A DNA stretch of 25,134 nucleotides from a virus (taxonomy: Duplodnaviria > Heunggongvirae > Uroviricota > Caudoviricetes). The notes beneath the pieces are model-generated. The model saw nothing but the letters and a program-made list of their open reading frames with translations, had not been told where the DNA came from and did not search any database. Made by a program: the position numbers and the translations under genes. The DNA is taken from positions 1 to 25,134 of IMG/VR virus record IMGVR_UViG_2737471840_000004, one strand, 5' to 3'. Every line of letters starts with the position of its first letter. Position 1 is the first letter of the stretch. Shown piece by piece: positions 7,847 to 19,698 of the stretch.

Positions 7847-9064
7847 ATGCCAACTGAATATGCTCGCGACAACCTTGGTCGCTATCAGACTGATGGATTA
7901 AGTGCAAAAGACTTTAACAAGGTCTTCGATCTTATCCGTAAACAGCAGCGTCAGAATCGGCGAAACGCGCGACGTACACTCACCCCAAGGATTATGGGGA
8001 TGCGTAACCGCGAACTTGAGGCATTCCTCAGCCTTGGGAAAAAGAAAGATGGCACCTACTTTACGCCCGAAGATATACGCAGCTTCAACACCTCAAGGCA
8101 GGCTCATAAAACAAAATTCAAGAGCACGGTACCCGGCATTACCTATGCTCAGCTGGTGGCGCAGTCCACCAGCATTGATATAAAACGCGCTAACAACAAA
8201 GTTTCTGATGGCACAGGGATCAAAGCCGCGACATTCCTCGGGCTAAAACACAACCTTGCATTGATATCTGTTAATGCCTCGGATGAGTCGGTCCACCAGC
8301 ATCACCGTGTCAGAATTCGATTTGAGGAATGGGATAAAGCCGTTGAGGATATTGCTGAAGACGGTGCGAAAAAAGCCCGAATCGCTGCCGATCTCTGCAA
8401 GGGCCGGGTATCTTTCGACTGTGATTGTGGACGCCATCAATACTGGTATCGTTATATGGCCACTGCTGGTAACTATGCTGTCGCGCCGCCAAAAGAGTAT
8501 GCCTTCCCCAAGATCCGCAACCCTGATCTGACTGGTGTAGCCTGCAAACATGTGTTGCACGCTATGACGCGTTTTCAGTCTCCCACATGGCACAAGGCCA
8601 TCATTATTGCCCTGGAAAAAGCAGCTGAACAGGTAGCCTTCGGCGATGACAAGCGGAAGACAACAACCTATTTCAAAGGCGAACTGGCTAAATCGCTCGC
8701 GCGCAACCGGACAACAACGACGGATCAGGCTAAAGCTGCGCGTGAGTATGAGCTGTATCTGAAATCTCAGGATGCATTAGGCAAAAAACTACGCGCCAAA
8801 GATAGCGCCACGGACAACGTTCGCCGGTTGTTAAAAAAAGCTCGCACCACGGCAAACAGGAAGAATGCCGAACTAAAAGCATCGCGGGTGAGGGAAGCCC
8901 AGGCTCGCGCTGAAGCCGACGCCCTCAAAAAAGCCCTGCAAACGCAGGCGAACAACCTCATAAAGTTTTTCATGAGTCAGGGAATGGACAAGGCCGCTGC
9001 CACTGCGCAGGCGCGAAGCATTCTTGAGACACAAATTAACGAAGCCCGTAAACGGAAAGGATAA
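7847..9064 (+). CDS. SWIM-type zinc-finger protein with basic coiled-coil tail
   Basis: 405-aa ORF; FDCDCGRHQYW...GVACKHVLHA fits CxCxnCxH; C-terminal 120 aa Lys/Arg/Ala-rich; AGGGA upstream of ATG. Confidence 0.65.
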   Translation: MPTEYARDNLGRYQTDGLSAKDFNKVFDLIRKQQRQNRRNARRTLTPRIMGMRNRELEAFLSLGKKKDGTYFTPEDIRSFNTSRQAHKTKFKSTVPGITYAQLVAQSTSIDIKRANNKVSDGTGIKAATFLGLKHNLALISVNASDESVHQHHRVRIRFEEWDKAVEDIAEDGAKKARIAADLCKGRVSFDCDCGRHQYWYRYMATAGNYAVAPPKEYAFPKIRNPDLTGVACKHVLHAMTRFQSPTWHKAIIIALEKAAEQVAFGDDKRKTTTYFKGELAKSLARNRTTTTDQAKAAREYELYLKSQDALGKKLRAKDSATDNVRRLLKKARTTANRKNAELKASRVREAQARAEADALKKALQTQANNLIKFFMSQGMDKAAATAQARSILETQINEARKRKG

Positions 9065-12211
<3,147 letters not shown>

Positions 12212-12212
12212 G

Positions 12213-12240
12213 AAAAGCCCGGCGATCGGGCTTTTCTTTT
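12213..12240. terminator. bidirectional rho-independent terminator
   Basis: aaaa-gcccg-gcgat-cgggc-ttttctttt: 5-bp GC stem flanked by A-run and T-run, between convergent genes. Confidence 0.7.
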
Positions 12241-12256
12241 ATAATGGGTTCAATTT

Positions 12257-13255
12257 TTATCCGTTACCGCACGACGGTTTCTGCGTGATAAACGTTTCAA
12301 GCATCTTTTCCGCGATTGCCGACCAGGTGTGACACTGGACCTTTTCAGCATTTTTCACGCGATCAACGCGAGCAATAACCTCATCCCAATCAATCCGCGA
12401 CTTGATAACCATATGGTTCACCAACTCCAGGCGATCTGGCGGAAGGCAATCGGGCGGCGTTAATATCAACGCTCCACACATTGCCGCCTCAAGAACAGTT
12501 AATCCAAGGCTTTCGGGATGCGTAACGATAAAAACGTCACTCTTACGCAATTCAGCTGCAAATTCGGTTGCTGGTACCGGAGTCCGTCTGTATGGGGTTA
12601 CCGAAATATTCCCCAGCTCAATGGTAACCAATCCGTCATCGGTCAGCGTTCTGGCCTCATACGGAACGGTCAGGCGCTGAAGGTTCATAAGGATACTTAA
12701 GGAGTGATCAAACCCACTAACATCAAATGCCGCGTGGTCTACAAAAATACGCAGAACATCGTCTGTTTTGGTTTCCAGATGGAACAGCTCCTGATTCGCT
12801 GCCCATCCAACATGTTTGTTAAAACGATTATGACGCTCTAACCTGCCGGGATTATCCAGGTACCGCCAGGTATCATCGCGGACAGTAAAAGTAATATCGA
12901 CTGGTGCCGAATCCAGCATAGAACCGTCGTATACCTGGGCTACCCATCCAGTGAATCGACGACGCAGTTGCACGCCTATTTCCCTGGGCACCGTAGTAAA
13001 ATACCGCAATCCTGGCGCTAAAATGGCCTTCGCAGAACATGCGGTCGCAGCAGTCAACACAGCTTCAACATAATCCTCCGGGCTTTCGACGCCGGGGGAA
13101 TATGGACGATGGTATTGCAATGTTACCCCTGCCTCACTAAAGGCGCAGGCCAGGTTATAAGCCCACATTTCCGTATATGTTTTCACATCACTGATAGCTT
13201 CAAATTTTCGCCCAATGATCAGGATGTTCATCGGCTTTTCCTCATTCCATTGCAT
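12257..13255 (-). CDS. GT-B fold glycosyltransferase (GT4-like)
   Basis: 332-aa ORF; C-terminal HPESLGLTVLEAAMCGALILTP resembles the GT1/GT4 donor-binding signature; TAATG start/stop overlap with the DnaB gene. Confidence 0.75.
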   Translation of the reverse strand: MQWNEEKPMNILIIGRKFEAISDVKTYTEMWAYNLACAFSEAGVTLQYHRPYSPGVESPEDYVEAVLTAATACSAKAILAPGLRYFTTVPREIGVQLRRRFTGWVAQVYDGSMLDSAPVDITFTVRDDTWRYLDNPGRLERHNRFNKHVGWAANQELFHLETKTDDVLRIFVDHAAFDVSGFDHSLSILMNLQRLTVPYEARTLTDDGLVTIELGNISVTPYRRTPVPATEFAAELRKSDVFIVTHPESLGLTVLEAAMCGALILTPPDCLPPDRLELVNHMVIKSRIDWDEVIARVDRVKNAEKVQCHTWSAIAEKMLETFITQKPSCGNG

Positions 13256-14619
13256 TAATAATCCTCTTGCCAGTCAGCACCAGCATAGTTATCAAACCGT
13301 GAGTATTGGCCGTTAAAAGCCAATCTCACCGTGCCAATTGGGCCATTTCGTTGCTTTCCGATAATCACCTCGGCAATGCCCTTCATTTCGCTATCCGGGT
13401 GATAAACTTCGTCGCGATACAGAAACATGATCAGGTCTGCGTCCTGCTCAATTGCTCCTGATTCACGTAAATCTGAATTTACCGGTCGTTTGTCCGCACG
13501 CTGTTCAAGCGATCGATTAAGTTGAGACAATGCCACCACCGGTACTTGTAATTCCTTCGCCAAAGCCTTCAGTGAGCGAGAAATCTCGGCAATTTCCAGC
13601 GTTCGGTTATCTTGCAGCTCGGGGACGCGCATAAGTTGCAGGTAGTCGATCATAATCATGCTCAAACCACCATTTTCTTTATAAACACGACGAGCGCGGG
13701 AACGAAGCTCTGTAGGTGTCAGGGCGCTTGAGTCATCAATAAAAATATTCTGCTTGTCCAACAGAATCCCCATTGCGCCAGAAACCCGCGCCCAATCCTC
13801 GTCGTTAAGTTGCCCTGTTCGAATACGAGTCTGATCAACGCGTGCAAGAGAAGCCAGTGAGCGCATCATCAGCTGGTGGCTCGGCATCTCAAGGCTAAAA
13901 ACCAATACGGGCTTATCGTTACGGACTGCGGCATTTTCGACGAGATTCATCGCAAACGTAGTCTTCCCCATCGATGGGCGGGCGGCGACAATAATGAGAT
14001 CGGACGCCTGAAGTCCTGCTGTCTTCTTATTGAGATCGGTAAATCCGGTATCAAGCCCCGTTACACCATCATGCGGTCGCTGAAACAACTCTTCTATGCG
14101 AGATACCGTTGCATCGAGAATGCTGGCGATATCTTTTGGACCATTACCGCTCTTTTGTCGTTTTTCAGCTATTTCAAAAACGCGGCGCTCGGCCATATCC
14201 AGCAATTCATTGCTGCCCCTGCCATCCTGCGCATATCCAGCTTCAGCTATTTCATTTGCGACGGAAATCATTTCACGAACAACCGCGCGTTCACGAACGA
14301 TATCCGCATAAGCACAAATATTTGCCGCGCTGGGCGTGTTCTTTGACATCTCCGCAAGGTACGCAAAACCACCGGCGCGTTCTAATTTACCGTTCTGTTC
14401 AAGTGCTTCAGCAAGTGTTATCAAATCAATCGGTTTGCCATGACTTAATAACCTCTCCATCTCACTGAAAATTTCACGATGAGCACTGGTATAAAAATCA
14501 TCAGCAACTATACGATCTGCAACTTCATCCCAGCGGCAGTTATCAAGCATTAAGCCACCAAGTACAGCTTGTTCTGCACTAAGGGAGTTTGGCATGGATT
14601 CAAGAGGGGATGCAGACAT
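13255..14619 (-). CDS. dnaB: DnaB-family replicative DNA helicase
   Basis: Walker A ARPSMGKTTFAMNL; N-terminal SAEQAVLGGLMLD is DnaB-like; ATG 14619 preferred (GGAG upstream) over track GTG 14625. Confidence 0.9.
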   Translation of the reverse strand: MSASPLESMPNSLSAEQAVLGGLMLDNCRWDEVADRIVADDFYTSAHREIFSEMERLLSHGKPIDLITLAEALEQNGKLERAGGFAYLAEMSKNTPSAANICAYADIVRERAVVREMISVANEIAEAGYAQDGRGSNELLDMAERRVFEIAEKRQKSGNGPKDIASILDATVSRIEELFQRPHDGVTGLDTGFTDLNKKTAGLQASDLIIVAARPSMGKTTFAMNLVENAAVRNDKPVLVFSLEMPSHQLMMRSLASLARVDQTRIRTGQLNDEDWARVSGAMGILLDKQNIFIDDSSALTPTELRSRARRVYKENGGLSMIMIDYLQLMRVPELQDNRTLEIAEISRSLKALAKELQVPVVALSQLNRSLEQRADKRPVNSDLRESGAIEQDADLIMFLYRDEVYHPDSEMKGIAEVIIGKQRNGPIGTVRLAFNGQYSRFDNYAGADWQEDY

Positions 14620-14904
14620 TAGCACTCCACCCAGGCGTGCTGAATGTCAGATATAATCGGCATACTCAAATCACTCCTAACGATATGAGTCATCACCAGA
14701 AAATCAGGATTAATGCGCCGGACTCTTCCCGGCTGTCACACCGAATCGCCAGGATGGTGAGTCCCTGTATCCGCTATCCCTCCAACGGTGACTTGCACAT
14801 TCCGGCTACCTGGTTTGTTGCCTGAGCTAGGGGAAAAGGTAACCCCTTTAACGTCACCAGACCGCTAACGACGCATGTGCCAGACGCCGTGTTACAACCA
14901 AATA

Positions 14905-14980
14905 TGGTGGCCCCTACCGGACTTGAACCGGTGACCGTGCGATTATGAGTCGCCAGCTCTAACCACTGAGCTAAAGGGCC
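14905..14980 (-). tRNA. tRNA with CAU anticodon (Met, or Ile2 if lysidine-modified)
   Basis: Hand-folded 76-nt cloverleaf: GGCCCTT acceptor, GCTC/GAGC D-stem, anticodon loop CUCAUAA, TTCAAGT T-loop, encoded CCA. From memory it resembles ileX-type tRNA-Ile2. Confidence 0.85.
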
Positions 14981-14983
14981 GGA

Positions 14984-15091
14984 TTACTGTTTCCTAAGTG
15001 CTTCAATGGCGCTAACAATACCGCCTACAACTATGGCAACAATGATAATGAGAACAATTGGATACTTATCTGCAAAATCCCAGAAGCTCAT
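14984..15091 (-). CDS. mini membrane protein (35 aa)
   Basis: Hand translation MSFWDFADKYPIVLIIIVAIVVGGIVSAIEALRKQ; start overlaps the stop of the upstream mini-ORF; stop 3 nt before the tRNA. Confidence 0.4.
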   Translation of the reverse strand: MSFWDFADKYPIVLIIIVAIVVGGIVSAIEALRKQ

Positions 15092-15255
15092 CACTGATCC
15101 TTCGAGGCTGGTTTAAATATCGGCCATACCAATGTTACGGCTACTGCTACCAACGCCCCGTCGGATAAAACCGACAGGATTGTGCTGGTGAAATCCACCA
15201 GCACAGATAGCACGAGAAAAACCAAAGCCAGAATTAGACGTGCTTTTATAACCAT
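15091..15255 (-). CDS. mini membrane protein (54 aa)
   Basis: Hand translation MVIKARLILALVFLVLSVLVDFTSTILSVLSDGALVAVAVTLVWPIFKPASKDQ; ATG overlaps the TerB-like stop. Confidence 0.4.
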   Translation of the reverse strand: MVIKARLILALVFLVLSVLVDFTSTILSVLSDGALVAVAVTLVWPIFKPASKDQ

Positions 15256-15680
15256 CAGATATACTGTTCCAGTGGCAATTGAAGAGCCTGGGCAATTTTC
15301 TTCAATTGCTCCTGCTCTTCTGCCCCAATGCCATCCTGGTCAGCAATATCAATGCATAGGCACAGAACATCTACCGCATCATTAGTTCCAGACACGTCAG
15401 CCAGTTCACGTAAAGCCTGGGCATTCGCTCGGCGCGGCGAGGCTTCATATTGAGCGCGAATATTGGCGCTCATCTGGGCAATTTCACCGGAGAACGGCGC
15501 AAAGGCAGGAAGTGCTGCAATGGTTTTTTCCAATACTGCAATTTCTTTCGCATCGCAGGTGCCGTCAGAGTATGCAATGGAATATGCGCCCCAGACAGTC
15601 GCTTCCACCGCATCACGGTTTTCCATTTTCTTGACTCCGCCAGCCGCTTTGCGGAATTTCTTTTTGAGAATGCCGAGCAT
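15255..15680 (-). CDS. TerB-like domain protein
   Basis: SDGTCDAKEIAVLEKTI and IADQDGIGAEEQEQLKKIAQALQL match the paired TerB acidic motifs; alternative ATG at 15626 (GGAG upstream). Confidence 0.65.
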   Translation of the reverse strand: MLGILKKKFRKAAGGVKKMENRDAVEATVWGAYSIAYSDGTCDAKEIAVLEKTIAALPAFAPFSGEIAQMSANIRAQYEASPRRANAQALRELADVSGTNDAVDVLCLCIDIADQDGIGAEEQEQLKKIAQALQLPLEQYI

Positions 15681-16529
15681 TTATTAACCTCATTACTGGT
15701 TGGGAAATAAGGTTGCGGTGCCGGGTGCCTCCCGGTGTCCTTTGGCTGGTTATCCACCGTGGACGGGGAAATAAGGAGAAATAATGGACAGATATAACCA
15801 TTTCCCCGCGTGCGCTTAGCCGCATTCACCGCAACGGAAAGAGCATTCCTAGTGGACCTGTAGATTGGGATATGAACCCGTTACAGGAGAATGCTCTTAC
15901 CTGTTACGTGCTCCGTTTCGTGGAGCTAACGGCGGGTGATCGGGCCGCACCAGACTGGACTTATTTCAGCGTTATGCTCATGCCAGAGAATCAAACTGTG
16001 ATGGTCGGTGCTGAACTCCGACACAGGGTTGTAGCAAGCCCCGCAAAGCGCGCACTACTGTAGTTGCGGCACATCAGCCTGTGCATTCACCACAATGTTG
16101 AGAACACTGGTTGTCACGCTGCAACGCAACATTTATTCGTAGATTGGGATATGACCCCGTTACGCCAGTGTTCTCAACGTTGTAGTGCCGGTTACGGTTC
16201 CGGCCAGGCCTCTTCCTCAACGGGGTGTTCTCCATACGGACTACCGTTTATTGGTCGTTCCTGCGGTTTATGTTGTGAAGCCAGATGCTTATCTTCTGGT
16301 TGCTTCAAAGAGCTGCACTTCATCACAACGGTAAGAGCACTCGATGCATTTAAGCCAAGCCCCATAAGGGAGAATGCCCTTACCTGTTGTGTTGTGATGA
16401 CCGGTGCTGATCTCCGGCTTGCGGTTATTTCAGACTCTCACGGGCGTTTAATTGCCCCGCCGAACAGCTCTTTTCCGCAATAGCTGCAATGTCTTTCGCG
16501 CATCAGCCTGCGCATTCATCACAACGGTA

Positions 16530-16607
16530 AGGGTACTTCGTAGGGATTCGAACCCTCTGCCAAGCTCGGCGATCTCCGACGTCGCAAAATACCCTTACCT
16601 GTTGTGC
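16530..16607 (-). pseudogene. tRNA-like remnant (acceptor plus T-arm, no anticodon arm)
   Basis: Minus strand has GGTTCGAATCC T-loop and a TATTTTG/CGAAGTA acceptor-like pairing but only 27 nt where 41 are needed, and no CCA. Confidence 0.3.
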
Positions 16608-16683
16608 TGGTGCCGATTAACGGACTCGAACCGCTGACATCCTGCTTACAAGGCAGGCGCTCTACCAACTGAGCTAAACCGGC
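16608..16683 (-). tRNA. tRNA-Thr (anticodon UGU)
   Basis: Hand-folded 76-nt cloverleaf: GCCGGTT/AATCGGC acceptor, anticodon stem CCTGC/GCAGG, loop CUUGUAA, TTCGAGT T-loop, encoded CCA. Confidence 0.85.
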
Positions 16684-16685
16684 AT

Positions 16686-16761
16686 TGGCGATGGTGGATG
16701 GATTTGAACCATCGACCCGTTGATTAACAGTCAACCGCTCTAACCGCTGAGCTACACCATC
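16686..16761 (-). tRNA. tRNA-Asn (anticodon GUU)
   Basis: Hand-folded 76-nt cloverleaf: perfect GATGGTG/CACCATC acceptor, anticodon stem GTTGA/TCAAC, loop CUGUUAA, TTCAAAT T-loop, encoded CCA; 2 nt from tRNA-Thr. Confidence 0.85.
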
Positions 16762-17226
16762 ACTTGCCGGGTACGTCTCCGGCGAGGGCTTCCACCTCCG
16801 TATGCTTTTCGGCGCACCGCGCCCTGGCTGCAATTCGGTAACAGGGGATGCACAACCCTGGCTTCCAGCGTGATTAGCGCCTTCAGCATGACGGGATATA
16901 CCCGTAAATTCGTGGAACTGTACCCAAAGTGCTGTTAAGCACCGCTGTTACGCTGAAAAGAAAACGCAACAGGAAAGGACGCTGACCAACAGATGGCCCC
17001 TTCTCGTTCATCTGGTTAATCACACCAGCGCCCTTACCTGTTGTGCCTCCCCGTTCCCTAATACACAGACGGGGACACTCTGCGGTCGATTTTTTGACGG
17101 GGGACGACTCATACCCCGTGGCGTCTGGCTTCTTAGGCCGCTACCATCATCAGATCATCGTTTGCATTTACTTTAATGGTCAGTTTCTAAACCGCCGCAA
17201 AGTCGCTAACCATGACGAAAACCCTG

Positions 17227-17252
17227 AAAAAAACGCCCACCCGAAGATGGGC
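17227..17252 (-). terminator. rho-independent terminator on minus strand
   Basis: Minus strand GCCCATC-TTCG-GGTGGGC (7-bp stem with one G-U pair) followed by GTTTTTTT; in the plus sense the wobble becomes a C-A mismatch. Confidence 0.55.
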
Positions 17253-17409
17253 AAACTGGAAGCTCGTAACGCACTTCGGCGTTGCCACTTAGGCGCATGG
17301 TCAACCTGGCAACTCGGTGGTTTGTCTGGGAGGACTAGGCCCAGCCATGCTTACCGCCGCGCCTGTCGCGGCTAACAGCTAAATCGCTCTATAAATCACG
17401 ATTCATTGA

Positions 17410-17443
17410 GGCGATATTACACTAATAAATTTATTAGAGCAAT
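17410..17443 (-). promoter_or_regulatory. putative leftward promoter with palindromic operator
   Basis: Minus strand TTGCTC, 17 nt, TAATAT; the core motif is part of the perfect 16-bp palindrome CTAATAAATTTATTAG (17422-17437) and overlaps the last codons of the methyltransferase gene. Confidence 0.45.
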
Positions 17444-19698
17444 ATACCCAAAACGTCATGAGCTACACCTCGAGTGTCCCCCTTACAAGACACAGAACGT
17501 CTGGCAAAAAGAGGTTCCACTCTGAAGCCACTGTCATGATAAAGCTCTCTGATGTTTGGCGCGCCACTGTTAGTAATGAGAACCTTTGCACCTCGACGAT
17601 GAGCATCCGTCAACAGAGACACCAGGCGTTTTTGCTCTTCAAACTTAAAGTCATGACCGGAATAGTTCGTGAATCCCTCTGTATTTGGAAGCGGTTCATA
17701 CGGCGGATCGCAAAAGATGACATCTCCTTCTCCGGCAGCTTCAATCACCGCAGCAAAATCACCGCATACAAACTCAGACCGCCCTTCCGCACCGAGGAAG
17801 GCTTCCATCTCCTGTAATGGGAAATACGGAGTTTTATACTTCCCATAACCGACATTGAACTCACCGGCCTGGTTGTAACGCGTCAATCCGTTAAAACAAT
17901 GTCGGTTCAGGAACAAAAACGCCGCTGCGCGATGTAAATCATCATAGACTTGTTTGTTAAACGCATTCCGTACTGCCAGGTATCCTTCCTGTGTGTTGTA
18001 GTCCTGGAAGAAACGATGTGCCAGAGTGATAAGTGAATGCGCCTCGCGTTGCAGAGTCTTGTAAAAGTTAATCAGGTCAGCATTCACATCATTTAGCAGA
18101 TTTTCCTGGTATCCGGCATTCATGAAGACAGCTCCGCCACCAACGAAAGGTTCAATCAGGCGCTTCCCTTCTGGCAAATAGCGAAAGATTTGTTCCAGAA
18201 CACCAAATTTTCCACCAGCCCATTTGAATATGGACCGTTCGAATTCTGCCGCTGGTTTAACTTTTCGCTCTTTTGTTTCACTTCCTTCTTTCTGCCGACA
18301 TACGGCCTTAGTAATCCGATCGCCAATCCAGCGCATTACTGGTATTGCCATACTATTGCCGATCGCTTTGTAACGCGGTCCGTCAGCTGCAAGCATCGCG
18401 GCCTCTTCTTCGCTTAAATCTGGATAGTGATTGCGAAGATATGCCAGTTCATCTGAATTAACTTTTTTACGCTTTTCCGTCGGGATCAACGTATGCCCAT
18501 CAGGAAAACCTTGCAGCCTTTCACATTCGACAGGGGTAAGACGGCGGACAGCTACTTCTGCGTTTCTTACTTCATAGCAAACAGCTGTTGGATTTTTAGC
18601 CATTAGAGATGGTGAAGTATTCTTAGTTGCAGCATGTTGTGTACCGCTCATACGCTCAGGAAAAGCCAATGTAACAAGATGCTCATGGCTTTCTTGCTCA
18701 CGTGCCCGCAATGTACCATGCCCTTCTGACCAAAAACCTGCTCCTGTGCTGCTAAAAACGGCAAGGTCAGTGGCATCTTTAAAATCTCTTGCCTTTACTG
18801 TCGATGCGGTTTCATCGTCAATATATTCCCCAAATGCTGCCATCCTGAAAGCGTTTACGGCTTTCGTCGATTTCATACCGGGTGGCATGTCAGCGTGTAG
18901 GCATGGATTTAGGCTTTCGCCACTGATTGCAGCGCCATTTGCAATAATGGCGGAAGCGATTTCCTTCTTTTTTCGGCTCGGCGCAATATTCCGGCGCACG
19001 CCTTCGAACTCAAAAAGTACCGTTGCGGGATCGAGGTCTGTTCGAGCACTTGCGACAACAAACACGCGTCGGCGTCGTTGTGCCACTCCGAAGTATTGGG
19101 CATCAAGGATTCTCCAGGCCACCTTTCGCTGCGGTCCATAAATACAACCACACTGTGGCCACTTTGGAGCATGGCAACCGGTTTTGCCATCCCACCGCCA
19201 GAACGCGTTACTTTTTCCTGATTCAGGTCGATCACCTGGTTCAAATGGCGCATCTTCTCCAGCCAATCCGGCAAGGAAACATCCGAAGGCGTTATCTGCC
19301 GATGACAAAACTCCTGGGACATTTTCCCAGACGATAACTGTCGGTTTGAGAAATGACTCAGCCCGTTTGTCGTCAATTGCATTTGCAAGCTCCACATACT
19401 TTAAAGTTAGCGCGCCACGCTCATCATCAAGCCCACCACGTAATCCAGCGATACTGAATGCCTGACAAGGTGTTCCCCCGACGAGCACATCAGGGGATTC
19501 GATTTCCCCAGCCAGGACTTTTTTGGCAAGTTTTGTCATGTCGCCAAGGTTGGCGACATGGGGCCAGCGGTGCGCAAGAACGGCAGATGGAAAAGGCTCG
19601 ATTTCAGCAAACCACGCCGGACGCATACCCAACGGTTCCCAGGCAATACTCGCGGCTTCAATTCCACTGCAAACAGATCCATAGCACAGCTCTTTCAC
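17434..19698 (-). CDS. bifunctional DNA methyltransferase: N-terminal C5-cytosine MTase fused to C-terminal Dam-like N6-adenine MTase
   Basis: 754-aa ORF. N-terminal half has C5-MTase motifs ([48 protein letters not shown]); C-terminal ~270 aa has Dam-type FKWAGGK and DPPY. ATGA overlap with rdgC. Confidence 0.9.
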   Translation of the reverse strand: MKELCYGSVCSGIEAASIAWEPLGMRPAWFAEIEPFPSAVLAHRWPHVANLGDMTKLAKKVLAGEIESPDVLVGGTPCQAFSIAGLRGGLDDERGALTLKYVELANAIDDKRAESFLKPTVIVWENVPGVLSSADNAFGCFLAGLAGEDAPFEPGDRPESGKSNAFWRWDGKTGCHAPKWPQCGCIYGPQRKVAWRILDAQYFGVAQRRRRVFVVASARTDLDPATVLFEFEGVRRNIAPSRKKKEIASAIIANGAAISGESLNPCLHADMPPGMKSTKAVNAFRMAAFGEYIDDETASTVKARDFKDATDLAVFSSTGAGFWSEGHGTLRAREQESHEHLVTLAFPERMSGTQHAATKNTSPSLMAKNPTAVCYEVRNAEVAVRRLTPVECERLQGFPDGHTLIPTEKRKKVNSDELAYLRNHYPDLSEEEAAMLAADGPRYKAIGNSMAIPVMRWIGDRITKAVCRQKEGSETKERKVKPAAEFERSIFKWAGGKFGVLEQIFRYLPEGKRLIEPFVGGGAVFMNAGYQENLLNDVNADLINFYKTLQREAHSLITLAHRFFQDYNTQEGYLAVRNAFNKQVYDDLHRAAAFLFLNRHCFNGLTRYNQAGEFNVGYGKYKTPYFPLQEMEAFLGAEGRSEFVCGDFAAVIEAAGEGDVIFCDPPYEPLPNTEGFTNYSGHDFKFEEQKRLVSLLTDAHRRGAKVLITNSGAPNIRELYHDSGFRVEPLFARRSVSCKGDTRGVAHDVLGILL

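Larger units (their letters stand above)
15810..17045. repeat. array of at least five degenerate hairpin repeat units around the tRNA genes
   Basis: Imperfect inverted-repeat arms CACAACGGTAAGGG...CCCTTACCTGTTGTG at about 15822, 16092, 16316, 16511 and 16958-17044; several loops carry GGGATATGA(A/C)CCCGTTAC or a T-arm-like GGGATTCGAACCC. Irregular, not CRISPR-like. Confidence 0.45.

Noticed and set aside
14626-14904. 24-codon ORF (MTHIVRSDLSMPIISDIQHAWVEC) whose stop overlaps the DnaB start; also looked for a DnaB promoter here
   Set aside because: No Shine-Dalgarno sequence before the ATG and no convincing -35/-10 pair; a GGGG/CCCC hairpin (about 14831-14849) was noted, but I do not assign function from sequence alone.
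15784-15819. 11-codon plus-strand ORF with a perfect AAGGAG SD
   Set aside because: Too short, antisense to the local transcription direction, no supporting context; probably a chance SD.
16530-16607. A fourth functional tRNA next to tRNA-Thr
   Set aside because: T-arm and acceptor-like pairing are present, but only 27 nt lie where D-arm plus anticodon arm need 41, and there is no CCA; kept only as a low-confidence remnant.
15810-17045. Possible CRISPR array in the repeat-rich tRNA region
   Set aside because: Repeats are degenerate, unequal in length and spacing, and built as long imperfect inverted repeats with tRNA-like loops, not short identical direct repeats with unique spacers; no cas genes in the window.
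16064-17375. ORF-track entries 16064..16483 (+), 16452..16637 (+), 16519..16833 (-) and 17043..17375 (+)
   Set aside because: They run across tRNA genes and hairpin repeats, lack start context, and give low-complexity Cys/Arg/Ser-rich translations typical of non-coding DNA.
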